Shown here: in pieces, positions 17,091 to 27,025 of the stretch
Layout of the letters: every line of letters begins with the position of its first letter
Numbering within the stretch: the first letter of the stretch is position 1
NCBI GenBank assembly: GCA_944336475.1
Contig: CALVLD010000004.1
Span: forward strand, 24,601 to 88,600
Direction of reading: 5' to 3'
Source: an uncultured Clostridia bacterium
Lineage (GTDB): Bacteria > Bacillota > Clostridia > Christensenellales > CAG-138
DNA length: 64,000 nt
The notes under the pieces: model-generated
Seen by the model: only the letters and a program-made list of their open reading frames with translations
Told to the model about the DNA's origin: nothing
Databases searched by the model: none
Program-made: the position numbers and the translations under genes

Positions 17091-19202
17091 ATGATTGATA
17101 CATTGGTTATTGTTGAGTCGCCTGCAAAGGCCAAGACGATAGGAAAGTACCTTGGGAGCAAGTACAAGGTCATTGCTTCTAACGGTCATGTGAGAGATCT
17201 TCCCAAAAGTCAACTGGGCGTTGATATCGAAAATGGTTTTAAACCGAAGTACATCACGCTGCGTGGCCGTGGCGAGGTTCTTGAAAAAATAAGAAAAGAA
17301 GCAAAACAGGCAAAGCATATTTTACTGGCAACTGACCCCGATAGAGAGGGGGAGGCTATCTCCTGGCATCTTGCCCATGTGCTCAAACTTGATCCAAACA
17401 GCGAATGCAGGGTCGTGTTCAATGAGATAACTAAATCCGTGCTTAAGTCATCCATCAAGAATCCGAGGGCTATCAATGGCAATCTTGTTGACGCTCAGCA
17501 GGCTCGACGTGTGCTTGACAGGCTAGTTGGTTATAAGATCAGTCCGCTTCTTTGGGCAAAGGTTCGTAAGGGGCTGTCGGCAGGCCGCGTGCAATCCGTT
17601 GCAACGAGAATAATCTGTGATCGCGAACGGGAGATAATGGAGTTCATTCCGGAAGAATATTGGTCGATCATTGCAAAGCTCCGCAGCTCACATTCCCGAC
17701 GTACTTTCTCTGCAAAGTTCTATGGCTACAACGGAGAAAAAGTCGATGTTCGCTGCGAGCAGGATGCAAAGGCGATAACAATGCGATCGGCCGAAGGGCA
17801 ATTTATCGTTACAGACATTAAAAAAGCGGATAAAGTCCGCCATGCTTCGCCGCCCTTCACGACGAGCAGCATGCTCCAAGAGGCATCACGCAAGATAGGC
17901 ATGACACCAAAGATAACAATGTCGGTTGCGCAGCAGCTCTATGAAGGCATGGAGATCGCCGGATATGGGAGCACCAGCCTTATTTCATATATCCGCACGG
18001 ATTCTGTAAGAGTCTCTGCTGAAGCGCAGTCTGCGGCTTTGGACTATATCAAGGCGGAGTATGGCGAGCTTTATGTCCCTGCAAGGCCCAATGTCTATCG
18101 TGGGCGCAATAATGCTCAGGATGCGCATGAGGCTATCCGTCCCACCAATCTGCTGCTTTCGCCGGAAATGCTCAGGGATAAGATCTCAAGCAGCCAGTAT
18201 AAGCTCTACAAACTGATATATGATCGCTTTATTGCAAGCCAGATGTCGGATGCCCGGTACATTGCCACCGCCGCCGAGATAGACAGCAATGGGTGCAGCT
18301 ACAGGGCTACAGGCATCAAGACCGTGTTTGACGGCTTTACCCGAGTTTATATGGAGGGCAAGGATGAGACGGAGGATAAGGAAACGGAGCTGCCGGAGCT
18401 TAATGTTGGTGAAGTACTTCAACTCATAGAGCTGAAGCCCGAACAGCATTTTACACAACCACCGGCTCGTTACACAGAGGCATCGCTTGTAAGAGCTCTG
18501 GAGGAAAAGGGCATCGGACGGCCAAGCACGTACTCTCCTACAATATCAACTATAATTGACCGTGGATATGTTCGCAGGGAAAAGAAGCATCTTATTCCCA
18601 CTGATCTGGGCTTTATAGTCACCCAGCTCATGAAGGATAACTTCAGCGATATTGTTGACGTCAGCTTTACAGCGGATATGGAAAGAAGGCTTGACGATGT
18701 AGAAAACGGCAGTACCCAGTGGTCAACGGTTATTGCGGATTTCTACCAGCCGTTTGAGCAATCAGTTGAAGCTGCATTTAAAAATGTTGAAAAGATCAAG
18801 CTTGAGGATGAGGTTTCGAATGTCATATGCGACAAATGCGGCGCAATGATGGTCTATAAGGTTGGTAAGTACGGCAGGTTCCTTGCCTGCCCAAGATACC
18901 CCGAATGCACCAATACAAAGCGAATACTGGAGTTCATAAATGTTAAATGTCCGCTTTGCGGTGCAGAGCTTGTCAAGTGCCATTCGAGGAAGGGCAGGGC
19001 CTTTTACGGCTGCGAGAGACACCCGGAGTGCAGCTTCATGTCATGGGATAAGCCGCTCAACGAGAAGTGCCCCAAATGCGGTAAGTTTATGGTTCAGAAG
19101 GTCGGTAAGTTTGGCAGCTATAAGGCCTGCTCCGATAAGGAATGCGGTTATGTATTTAGGCCGACTTCAAAAAGGAGTGAAAAGGAGAAGTCGATCGAAT
19201 GA
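17091..19202 (+). CDS. topA: DNA topoisomerase I
   Basis: TOPRIM N-terminus LVIVESPAKAKTIGKYLG. Active-site region ISYIRTDS. Three C-terminal CxxC..CxxC zinc ribbons. Confidence 0.97.
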   Translation: MIDTLVIVESPAKAKTIGKYLGSKYKVIASNGHVRDLPKSQLGVDIENGFKPKYITLRGRGEVLEKIRKEAKQAKHILLATDPDREGEAISWHLAHVLKLDPNSECRVVFNEITKSVLKSSIKNPRAINGNLVDAQQARRVLDRLVGYKISPLLWAKVRKGLSAGRVQSVATRIICDREREIMEFIPEEYWSIIAKLRSSHSRRTFSAKFYGYNGEKVDVRCEQDAKAITMRSAEGQFIVTDIKKADKVRHASPPFTTSSMLQEASRKIGMTPKITMSVAQQLYEGMEIAGYGSTSLISYIRTDSVRVSAEAQSAALDYIKAEYGELYVPARPNVYRGRNNAQDAHEAIRPTNLLLSPEMLRDKISSSQYKLYKLIYDRFIASQMSDARYIATAAEIDSNGCSYRATGIKTVFDGFTRVYMEGKDETEDKETELPELNVGEVLQLIELKPEQHFTQPPARYTEASLVRALEEKGIGRPSTYSPTISTIIDRGYVRREKKHLIPTDLGFIVTQLMKDNFSDIVDVSFTADMERRLDDVENGSTQWSTVIADFYQPFEQSVEAAFKNVEKIKLEDEVSNVICDKCGAMMVYKVGKYGRFLACPRYPECTNTKRILEFINVKCPLCGAELVKCHSRKGRAFYGCERHPECSFMSWDKPLNEKCPKCGKFMVQKVGKFGSYKACSDKECGYVFRPTSKRSEKEKSIE

Positions 19203-20506
19203 TGCCCACTGCCATTGTAATAGGGGCAGGGCTCGCCGGGTGCGAGGCGGCATATGCTCTTGCCAACAGAGCCGTTGACGTCACACTTTATGAGATGAAG
19301 CCCGAAAGGTTTTCACCTGCACATAAGTCGGAGCACTTCGCTGAGCTGGTCTGTTCAAACTCCCTGCGTTCAGACAGCCTTGATAATGCAGTTGGTCTAC
19401 TTAAAGAGGAGATGCGAAGACTCGGATCCCTTATAATGGAGTGTGCCGACGCAACCAGGGTGCCTGCCGGCGGTGCGCTTGCGGTGGACAGAGGTGAATT
19501 TTCGGCAATGGTAACGGAGCGTATACGCACTCACAAGAACATAGCCGTTGTCAACCATGAGGTCTTTGAGATTCCCAAAGATACTCCATGCGTAATAGCA
19601 ACCGGGCCATTGACCGACGGTAGACTGTATGACTCGATCAAGCAGCTTTCAGGGGGAGTAAGCCTTCACTTTTATGATGCAGCAGCCCCGATAGTTACAG
19701 CGGATTCGGTGGATATGTCAAAGGCATTTCGCTCGTCACGATACGGTAGGGGGGAGGATTATGTAAACTGCCCAATGGATCGAGAGCGGTATTTCAGATT
19801 CATTCGTGAGCTGACGACCGCTGAAACCGCATCGTTGAGCCATTTTGAGACGCCTCGGGTGTTTGAAGGCTGTATGCCGGTTGAGGTCATGGCAAAACGA
19901 GGTGATCTGACGCTTGCTTACGGGCCCATGAAACCCGTGGGGCTAACAGATCCGCACACGGGTAAGCGGCCGTTTGCCGTCGTTCAACTCAGGATGGACA
20001 ATAAGCACGGTACCCTTTATAATATGGTTGGATTCCAGACGAATTTGAAGTTTGGCGAACAAAGGCGTGTGTTTGGGTTGATACCTGGGCTTGAGAGTGC
20101 AGAGTACGTTCGGTATGGCGTTATGCACAGGAATTCGTACATCGATGCGCCTAATGTCCTGACGCCGTATTACTCTGTTAAAGGAAATCCGCATTTGTAC
20201 TTTGCAGGCCAGATAACTGGCGTTGAGGGATATGTTGAAAGTGCTTCAAGCGGGCTGACAGCTGGTATAAATCTTGCACGCACTCTGCTGGGCAAGGGCT
20301 GCATCGACTTCGGCAGGCAGACCGCAATAGGAGCCCTGGCGCATTATGTATCTGAATACTCCGGCAGCGATTTTCAGCCAATGAATGCAACATTTAGCAT
20401 AATTGAACCGATACCGGATGCGCCAAAGAATAAAAGAGAGCGATACGGGCTTACTTCAAAGAGAGCCCTCTCGCTGATCGATAGGATTATTGAGAACGGA
20501 GTATAA
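19199..20506 (+). CDS. trmFO: Methylenetetrahydrofolate--tRNA-(uracil54-C5)-methyltransferase TrmFO
   Basis: FAD motif [12 protein letters not shown] and GidA-related core. Conserved position after topA. Confidence 0.95.
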   Translation: MMPTAIVIGAGLAGCEAAYALANRAVDVTLYEMKPERFSPAHKSEHFAELVCSNSLRSDSLDNAVGLLKEEMRRLGSLIMECADATRVPAGGALAVDRGEFSAMVTERIRTHKNIAVVNHEVFEIPKDTPCVIATGPLTDGRLYDSIKQLSGGVSLHFYDAAAPIVTADSVDMSKAFRSSRYGRGEDYVNCPMDRERYFRFIRELTTAETASLSHFETPRVFEGCMPVEVMAKRGDLTLAYGPMKPVGLTDPHTGKRPFAVVQLRMDNKHGTLYNMVGFQTNLKFGEQRRVFGLIPGLESAEYVRYGVMHRNSYIDAPNVLTPYYSVKGNPHLYFAGQITGVEGYVESASSGLTAGINLARTLLGKGCIDFGRQTAIGALAHYVSEYSGSDFQPMNATFSIIEPIPDAPKNKRERYGLTSKRALSLIDRIIENGV

Positions 20507-20510
20507 ACAT

Positions 20511-21044
20511 ATGGAAATGAAGGGAACAACAATAGTTGCAGTCCGCTGTGGCAACAAATGTGCAATTGCGGGCGACGGTCAGGTTACACTTGGTGAGACA
20601 ACCATAATGAAGGCAACCGCACGCAAAGTTCGCCGCATATACGGCGGCAAGGTTGTTATAGGATTCGCCGGCTCCGTTGCGGATGCGTTTACTTTGAGCG
20701 ATCGCTTTGAGACAAAGCTTGAGCAGCATGGGGGAGGACTCAGGCGTGCAGCAGTCGCATTGGCTCAGGATTGGCGAAATGACAAGGTCATGCGCCAACT
20801 TCAAGCCCTGCTGATATGCGCAGATGATGATGAACTGCTAATTGTTTCGGGAACGGGAGAGGTCATTGATCCCGATGATGGCATCGCCGCGATTGGCTCC
20901 GGCGGCATGTATGCGCTTGCGGCAGCACGTGCATTGAAGAAGAACACAGATCTGTCAGCCAGGGAGATAGCAGAAAGGGCTATCCAGATAGCTTCCGAGA
21001 TATGTGTTTACACCAACTCAAACATTGTTGTAGAGGAGGTATGA
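20511..21044 (+). CDS. hslV: ATP-dependent protease subunit HslV
   Basis: [12 protein letters not shown], with the catalytic N-terminal Thr after processing, and GSGG. The start is ATG 20511 or 20517, both downstream of the trmFO stop. Confidence 0.95.
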   Translation: MEMKGTTIVAVRCGNKCAIAGDGQVTLGETTIMKATARKVRRIYGGKVVIGFAGSVADAFTLSDRFETKLEQHGGGLRRAAVALAQDWRNDKVMRQLQALLICADDDELLIVSGTGEVIDPDDGIAAIGSGGMYALAAARALKKNTDLSAREIAERAIQIASEICVYTNSNIVVEEV

Positions 21045-21047
21045 GCT

Positions 21048-22436
21048 ATGCTTACACCCAAAGAGATTGTTGAACAGCTTGACAGGTATATCGTCGGCCA
21101 GAACCATGCGAAGCGCTCTGTGGCGATAGCTCTGAGGAATCGCTACCGCAGGAGCAAACTTTCCCCAGAAATACGTGAGGAGATCACACCAAAGAACATA
21201 ATTATGGTGGGGCCGACCGGCGTCGGTAAGACGGAAATTGCAAGGCGGCTTGCAAAGCTCGTTGATGCCCCATTTATAAAGGTCGAGGCAACCAAATTTA
21301 CTGAGGTTGGGTATGTAGGCAGGGACGTTGACTCAATGATCCGAGACCTTGTTGAGGCTTCCATCCGCCTTTGCAAACAGCATTGGTATGATAAAGTGCG
21401 CATCATGGCAGAAAGTGCGGCTGAACAGCGGCTTATAGATCTGCTTGCAAACAGAGGCGAGCGCAAGAAATCTGCTTCGGCCGCAAGAAACCCATTTCAG
21501 CTTTTGCTTTCTTCGGAGTCAGCCAATCAGGACACGGAGCTTACCGAATCCGAGAAGCTGTCACGCAAAGAAAAACGGCAAAAGATAACGGAAGATCTTC
21601 GCAACGGCCTTCTTGAGGAAGAGCTTGTGGAGGTAGAGATACAGGAGAGCGGTACCGGTAGCGATACCATGATTGCCATGGGAATAGATATCAACCTTAA
21701 CGAGATCATGGGAGGGTTGATACCTAAAAAGACCAAGACCAGGAAGGTGCACGTTCGCGAGGCAAGGCGCATCCTCATTGCGGAGGAGTCAGACAAGCTC
21801 ATCGATATGGACGAGGTAATTCGTGAAGCGATCGAGAAGGCCGAGCAGGACGGGATTATATTCATTGATGAGATCGATAAAATTGCCGAGAACGGATCCA
21901 TAAGCGGGCCGGAAGTATCCCGTGAGGGTGTACAGCGTGATATACTCCCAATAGTTGAAGGGTGTACCGTAAATACAAAGTATGGCCCGGTTCGTACCGA
22001 CTACATGCTCTTCATTGCCGCTGGAGCTTTCCATGTGTCAAAGATAAGCGACCTCATACCTGAGCTCCAGGGCAGATTCCCCATTCGTGTAAAGCTTGAT
22101 GCACTTTCGGTTGCGGACTATGAAGCTATACTGACAAAGCCGGAGAATGCTGTTATAAAGCAGTATACATACCTGCTTGAAGCGGACAACGTACACCTTG
22201 TGTTCGATGATGGAGCCAAGCGAGCCATAGCGGTTGCTGCCTACACTACAAATGAAACGTCGGAGAACATAGGCGCACGCCGTCTACATACTATTATAGA
22301 AAACTTGCTTGAGGACATTGCTTTCAATGCAAGTGGGGAATATCCGATGACGGAGGTCGTGGTCGACGAAAAGTATGTCAATGAACACATTGATATTGCA
22401 AAGGCTGCTGACGATCTGCATAAATACATAATTTGA
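21048..22436 (+). CDS. hslU: ATP-dependent protease ATPase subunit HslU
   Basis: MLTPKEIVEQLDRYIVGQNHAKR, Walker A GPTGVGKTEIARRLA, and IFIDEIDKI. Confidence 0.97.
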   Translation: MLTPKEIVEQLDRYIVGQNHAKRSVAIALRNRYRRSKLSPEIREEITPKNIIMVGPTGVGKTEIARRLAKLVDAPFIKVEATKFTEVGYVGRDVDSMIRDLVEASIRLCKQHWYDKVRIMAESAAEQRLIDLLANRGERKKSASAARNPFQLLLSSESANQDTELTESEKLSRKEKRQKITEDLRNGLLEEELVEVEIQESGTGSDTMIAMGIDINLNEIMGGLIPKKTKTRKVHVREARRILIAEESDKLIDMDEVIREAIEKAEQDGIIFIDEIDKIAENGSISGPEVSREGVQRDILPIVEGCTVNTKYGPVRTDYMLFIAAGAFHVSKISDLIPELQGRFPIRVKLDALSVADYEAILTKPENAVIKQYTYLLEADNVHLVFDDGAKRAIAVAAYTTNETSENIGARRLHTIIENLLEDIAFNASGEYPMTEVVVDEKYVNEHIDIAKAADDLHKYII

Positions 22437-22463
22437 GGCAATAATTACCGATAGGAGGCTGTA

Positions 22464-23339
22464 TTGAGAGTACAACGTGTCTATAAAGCAATATTTGCGA
22501 TTACATTGGCCGTATGCGTTCTGGGCGGCTGCGCACACAGATCTGAGGAGCGGGTGTATTCAGTGCAGTCAAACGGAGGCGTTGTAGTCATCCCAACCTC
22601 TGCGCCAACACCCACACCGAGGCCGACGTATACGCCCGAGCCATCACCAACATATACGTCTACCCCTTCGCCGAGACCTTCCCCTACGCCGGAGCCTATA
22701 ATTGAGGAGCTAAACTATATTCCTGCGCATATTAACAGCAACGGTGTAAATCTGAGGGAGCAGCCGAGCACATACTCAAACATACTCGCAAGCTATAACA
22801 GCGATACCGATGTATTTCTTACGGGCAGGACCGGCGATTGGTATCGAGTCGTTGTGGATGAAAAGAGCGGATTTATCGCAAAGAGATTTTTGACTCTCGG
22901 GTATTCCGTTGAGCCTACGCCAAAACCGGAGAGCATGTATACGGTCTACCCCGGGCAGTTCAGCGAGGCAGATGTTATGCTTGTTGCACAGCTCATCTAT
23001 AGAGAAGCTCCGGGCAGCACCTATGTAGGTTACCGGGCGCTTGCCAGCGTAGTTCTCAATCGTGTTATGAATCAATCGGGATGGTTTCCAAATTCTGTCA
23101 GCGGCGTAATATTCCAGCCCGGACAATATGGATACAGTGAAGAGTATCTTGCGAGCATCACGCCTAACAGTGCTGCGCTCGCATCTGCAAGATATGTGCT
23201 TCAAGAGCATGGAAGTACATTGCCAAAGAAGGTTCTGTTTTATCGAGCGGCATATCTTGGAATAGAATGGGTGTACTACACGGAATACTATGCAACGATT
23301 GAGGGAAACAACTTCTACTACGGTCTCTACTACTATTGA
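22464..23339 (+). CDS. Lipoprotein with Pro/Thr/Ser linker, SH3-like domain and SleB/CwlJ-type cell-wall hydrolase domain
   Basis: TTG start with AGGAGG 5 nt upstream. Lipobox VLGGC. PT-rich linker at nt 22593-22697. SH3b-like segment GVNLREQPS..GDWYRVVVDEKSGFI. Hydrolase_2-like segment LIYREAPGSTYVGYRALASVVLNRV...VIFQPGQY. Confidence 0.85.
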   Translation: MRVQRVYKAIFAITLAVCVLGGCAHRSEERVYSVQSNGGVVVIPTSAPTPTPRPTYTPEPSPTYTSTPSPRPSPTPEPIIEELNYIPAHINSNGVNLREQPSTYSNILASYNSDTDVFLTGRTGDWYRVVVDEKSGFIAKRFLTLGYSVEPTPKPESMYTVYPGQFSEADVMLVAQLIYREAPGSTYVGYRALASVVLNRVMNQSGWFPNSVSGVIFQPGQYGYSEEYLASITPNSAALASARYVLQEHGSTLPKKVLFYRAAYLGIEWVYYTEYYATIEGNNFYYGLYYY

Positions 23340-23403
23340 TATAAAACGTCTGTAATGCGCAAACTAAAACCGTCTAATCATATTATGAAAGGCGGTTTTT
23401 GTT

Positions 23404-25776
23404 TTGAAAGCTATAATACTTGCAGGTGGCGACGGGAAGCGTCTGCGGCCTTTGACCTGCACGATGCCAAAGCCGTTGGTGCCGTTGCTGAACAAGCCGA
23501 TACTGATCTATACACTGGAGCTTCTTAAGGATCACGGTATACTCGATGTAGTTATAACTATCGGCTATATGGCGGAGGAAATCAAAAAGCAAATTGGTGA
23601 TGGTAGCGCTCTCGGCATGCGAATAACCTATTCAAATCCTGAAAAACGGCTCGGTACAGCGGGGAGCGTTCGTGAGGCTGCCGAAGGAATCGATGACAGT
23701 ATTCTCGTAATGAGCGGAGATGGGATAACCGATGCTGATCTGTCCTCCGCTATTGCAGCGCACAGAGACAAAAAGGCCGATGCAACGGTGATACTCTACA
23801 GGGTGAACGAGCCGACCGAATACGGTATTGCACTCAAAGACAAAGATGGATTTATCGTGCGCTTCATAGAAAAACCTGCTCGCTCCGATGTGTTCAGCGA
23901 TCTTGCCAATACTGGAATGTACATACTTGAGCGTGAAATTGTGGAGCGCATCCCACGATATGGGGCATCCGATTTCTCAAGGGATATTTTCCCGATTTTG
24001 CTTGAGGAAAAAAGACGAATTCTCGGTTGGCAGATGCAGGGGTATTGGTGCGACATTGGCAGCATCGCTCAATACAACTCGGCACAGAGAGATATGCTCA
24101 ACGGACTGTGCAGATTTAGAACCTCTGCACGGCAGCACGATGGGATATTCATTGAACATGATGCTAAAATCAGCACATCAGCAAAGCTGTTTGCTCCATG
24201 CTACATAGGCTCGGATGTTGAAATTGGGCCCAATGTGTGCATAGAGCCCCATACCGTGCTGTGCTCGGGCGTACGTCTGCTGGATGGCGTCTCGGTAAAG
24301 CGCTCAGTAGTGTTGAAGAAAGCAACTATTCGCAATGATTCTGAGATACGAGGAGCCGTGATTTGCGAAAACGTAGAGGTGGGTGAGAGGTCGACCGTAT
24401 TTGAGGGCAGCGTTGTGGGCGCAGGAAGTGTGCTTGAAAGCGATGTGTCAGTAACGAATGCATGCTCAATATGGCCGCACAAGCATATTCCAAAGGGAAA
24501 ACGATGCCGCTCCAACATTGTCTGGGGAACAGGTGAATCACCGGATCATTCCGATGCATGCTTCAATGGTTATGGCGATACAAACCTTACTCCTTCCGAG
24601 GTGCTGAGCCTGGCAGCGGCGTATGCCTCAAGGTTTACTCCGCCATGCAGCATTTGTGTCGGTGCGGATGGAAGCCCTGTATCAGTGATGTTGAAACACT
24701 CTGCAGTGTCTGGAGTTATATCAACGGGGGTGGATGCGGTTACGGTTCCTGCCGTTGGCAGGACCGCATTTAAGTATTCGGTTCGTGAGACCAATTCTTC
24801 CGGCGGTATATACATTGAGTGCAACACAAACAGCAGAATGGTCAAGATGCATATCGTTAACGGAAAGGGTGTAGAAGCCGACGATGATACCATGCGCAGC
24901 ATCGTACGGGCTGTTGAATTTGATGAACAGAAGCCTAAAACCGATGCGGAGATCGGCATAGTTATGGAATTTAGCGGTGCAGAGCTTGCATTTGAGTCCC
25001 GGCTACTGCGAACGATAAATCCCAATGATCTGCTTAATAATAAACGCAGACTTATTTTGAATGCAAATGCAGGTATACAGCGTTCGATCTCAAGGGTACT
25101 TTTGAGGCTGGGCTGGGATGTTGACAGTGTTAGGTGCTCAAGCAAACTGATAACTGCGCGTGAGAGGAACACCATCTCCATACTGTGTGACGATGATGAA
25201 AGGCTAAGCGTATCCATGGCGCCCGATACAACAATTGATGAACAGAGTTTGATGTGCATTATAATATATGAAACATCAGCATCTGGCAGGAAAATACCTG
25301 TGCCGGCCGATATCGCAGTGCCGCTGGAAAAACATATGATCAGCAAGGGCTATGAACCTATATTACTTCCAAATGCACCTGCAAAAAGAAGACATCGGGC
25401 AATGGAGAAAGGAATCTATATACCTGAGCTGCTCGAGCCGGAGATAATGATACTTAAAATATGCGAGATGTTTGCGCTCGGAAAGCTTGAAGCGCAAATC
25501 AAGCAACTGCCTATTGTATTCAAAACCGAGAGAGAGCTGAGTGCTGATAGTAAGGATATTGGCAGAACGCTGCGGTCGATAGTGGAATCTGCATCCGGTA
25601 TACCAATGGAGATGATTGATGGAGTGAGACTGAGATATGACACTGGATGGGTCGTAGTACGCCCCGAGAGCGATGGACGCCGCTTTAAGGTTGCCGCAGG
25701 CAGCACGGATTCAGAATACTCAAAAGAGCTGTGCGACATATATCTTGAAAAGCTAAAAAACATGCAAAAGGATTGA
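23404..25776 (+). CDS. Sugar-1-phosphate nucleotidyltransferase fused to a left-handed beta-helix and a phosphohexomutase-like C-terminal region
   Basis: The TTG start gives MKAIILAGGDGKRLRPLTCTMPKPLVPL, an NTP_transferase G-loop. Hexapeptide repeats sit in the middle. The C-terminal ~400 aa are PGM/PMM-like but lack a recognisable TASHNP phosphoserine loop (see findings). Confidence 0.85.
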   Translation: MKAIILAGGDGKRLRPLTCTMPKPLVPLLNKPILIYTLELLKDHGILDVVITIGYMAEEIKKQIGDGSALGMRITYSNPEKRLGTAGSVREAAEGIDDSILVMSGDGITDADLSSAIAAHRDKKADATVILYRVNEPTEYGIALKDKDGFIVRFIEKPARSDVFSDLANTGMYILEREIVERIPRYGASDFSRDIFPILLEEKRRILGWQMQGYWCDIGSIAQYNSAQRDMLNGLCRFRTSARQHDGIFIEHDAKISTSAKLFAPCYIGSDVEIGPNVCIEPHTVLCSGVRLLDGVSVKRSVVLKKATIRNDSEIRGAVICENVEVGERSTVFEGSVVGAGSVLESDVSVTNACSIWPHKHIPKGKRCRSNIVWGTGESPDHSDACFNGYGDTNLTPSEVLSLAAAYASRFTPPCSICVGADGSPVSVMLKHSAVSGVISTGVDAVTVPAVGRTAFKYSVRETNSSGGIYIECNTNSRMVKMHIVNGKGVEADDDTMRSIVRAVEFDEQKPKTDAEIGIVMEFSGAELAFESRLLRTINPNDLLNNKRRLILNANAGIQRSISRVLLRLGWDVDSVRCSSKLITARERNTISILCDDDERLSVSMAPDTTIDEQSLMCIIIYETSASGRKIPVPADIAVPLEKHMISKGYEPILLPNAPAKRRHRAMEKGIYIPELLEPEIMILKICEMFALGKLEAQIKQLPIVFKTERELSADSKDIGRTLRSIVESASGIPMEMIDGVRLRYDTGWVVVRPESDGRRFKVAAGSTDSEYSKELCDIYLEKLKNMQKD

Positions 25777-25801
25777 AATCAGATAGACATGCTGATACAA
25801 T
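25773..25801 (+). promoter_or_regulatory. Sigma-A promoter (extended -10) placed for a leaderless trmL mRNA
   Basis: TTGAAA (25773-25778), 17-nt spacer, TGa-TACAAT (25793-25801). Only 6 nt separate the -10 from the ATG at 25808, and there is no SD. Confidence 0.5.
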
Positions 25802-25807
25802 GTCAGT

Positions 25808-26269
25808 ATGTTCAACGTTGTACTTGTTGAGCCGGAGATACCTCAGAACACCGGCAATATCTCCAGAACCTGTGCCGTCACGGGGTGCGCCCTGCACCTC
25901 GTGCGGCCTTTGGGCTTTTCTGTTGATGACAAGCATCTTAAGCGTGCAGGCCTTGATTACTGGAGCTCTTTGAAACTGTTTTACCATGACAGCTTTGATG
26001 AGCTTGTATCCAACAATCCAAACGGCAGGTTTTTCCTTTTTACAACTCATGCCGAAAAGTCATATGCCGATGTAAACTACATAGAGGGAGACTTTCTTGT
26101 ATTTGGCAAGGAGACCACCGGACTCGGACAAACAATTATTGAATCACACAAAGAGTTTGCGCTGAGGATACCGATGCTTTTCGGGATGCGGTCGCTAAAC
26201 CTGTCGAATGCTGCGGCTTTAGTCGTGTATGAAGCATTTCGTCAAAATGATTTCAAAACATTGATTTAG
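25808..26269 (+). CDS. trmL: tRNA (cytidine/uridine34-2'-O)-methyltransferase TrmL (SpoU/TrmH class)
   Basis: MFNVVLVEPEIPQNTGNISRTCAVTGCALHLVRPLGF is collinear from residue 1 with E. coli TrmL as I recall it ([26 protein letters not shown]...). Confidence 0.92.
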   Translation: MFNVVLVEPEIPQNTGNISRTCAVTGCALHLVRPLGFSVDDKHLKRAGLDYWSSLKLFYHDSFDELVSNNPNGRFFLFTTHAEKSYADVNYIEGDFLVFGKETTGLGQTIIESHKEFALRIPMLFGMRSLNLSNAAALVVYEAFRQNDFKTLI

Positions 26270-26277
26270 GAGGGAAA

Positions 26278-26925
26278 ATGAACGCAGACAGGGCATTTGA
26301 CATTATTATTAGCACAAAGATCATTGCGATATCCAGAGGTCTTTATGGTGAAGATCTTATGATGGCTGCAAAGGCTTTGTTTAAGGGCGGAGTGCGGGCA
26401 TTCGAGATAGCGTTCGAACACGACAAGCCTGTAGGCCAAATGGCTGAGTCTATAGGCAAATTGGCCGACATGTTTGGGGCGGACGCTTGCGTTGGTGCAG
26501 GCACTATATTGACCCTGAATCAGCTCGAGGTTGCATATCATGCAGGAGCTTCGTTTATCATCTCTCCAAACGTCAACCCCGAAATAATAGAGGAGACTGT
26601 ACGGCTTGGGCTTATTTCTGTCCCCGGCGCAATGACGCCTACCGAGATCGAGTACGCATATGGCCTTGGTGCGGACATAGTCAAGGTTTTTCCGGCAGGA
26701 GTGCTTGGAATTGATTATTTCAAGGCTGTTCGTGCGCCGTTGAGCCACATACCCATGGCTGCCGTTGCCGGTATTACCGCAGAAAACATCGGTGCATTCA
26801 ATTCTGCAGGTGCTTCGGCCTTTGGTATAAGCAGTAGCCTTTTCGTTAAGGATGCCATACGCTCAAAAAGATTTGACATATTGACCGCCACTGCAGAAGA
26901 GTTTTTCAGAAACATGTGTGAGTGA
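26278..26925 (+). CDS. eda: KDPG/KHG aldolase family protein
   Basis: 215 aa TIM-barrel pattern: IIAISRG...GVRAFEIAF...GAGTILT...GASFIISPN...PGAMTPTEI...ADIVKVFPAG (Schiff-base Lys region). Confidence 0.88.
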   Translation: MNADRAFDIIISTKIIAISRGLYGEDLMMAAKALFKGGVRAFEIAFEHDKPVGQMAESIGKLADMFGADACVGAGTILTLNQLEVAYHAGASFIISPNVNPEIIEETVRLGLISVPGAMTPTEIEYAYGLGADIVKVFPAGVLGIDYFKAVRAPLSHIPMAAVAGITAENIGAFNSAGASAFGISSSLFVKDAIRSKRFDILTATAEEFFRNMCE

Positions 26926-26943
26926 TGCTCCTATTCCATTTTT

Positions 26944-26968
26944 GACCGCTTTGCAGGCGGTCTTTTTT
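26944..26968 (+). terminator. Rho-independent terminator after eda
   Basis: GACCGC-tttgcag-GCGGTC followed by TTTTTT. Confidence 0.8.
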
Positions 26969-27025
26969 GTATAACGGTTATTTTTCAACAAATAATAGAG
27001 TTGAGTCTGGTATATAGGAGAGAGT

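Noticed and set aside
22593-22697. Repetitive Pro/Thr/Ser-coding stretch that looks like a DNA tandem repeat.
   Set aside because: It is an imperfect, low-complexity linker (PTSAPTPTPRPTYTPEPSPTYTSTPSPRPSPTPEP) between the lipobox and the SH3/hydrolase domains. It is not a structured repeat array.
26969-26997. Forespore-type (sigma-F/G) promoter upstream of spoVAD (GTATA ... CAAATAATA).
   Set aside because: The match to the -35 and -10 consensus and to the spacing is only loose, so it is not reportable as a feature without TSS data.
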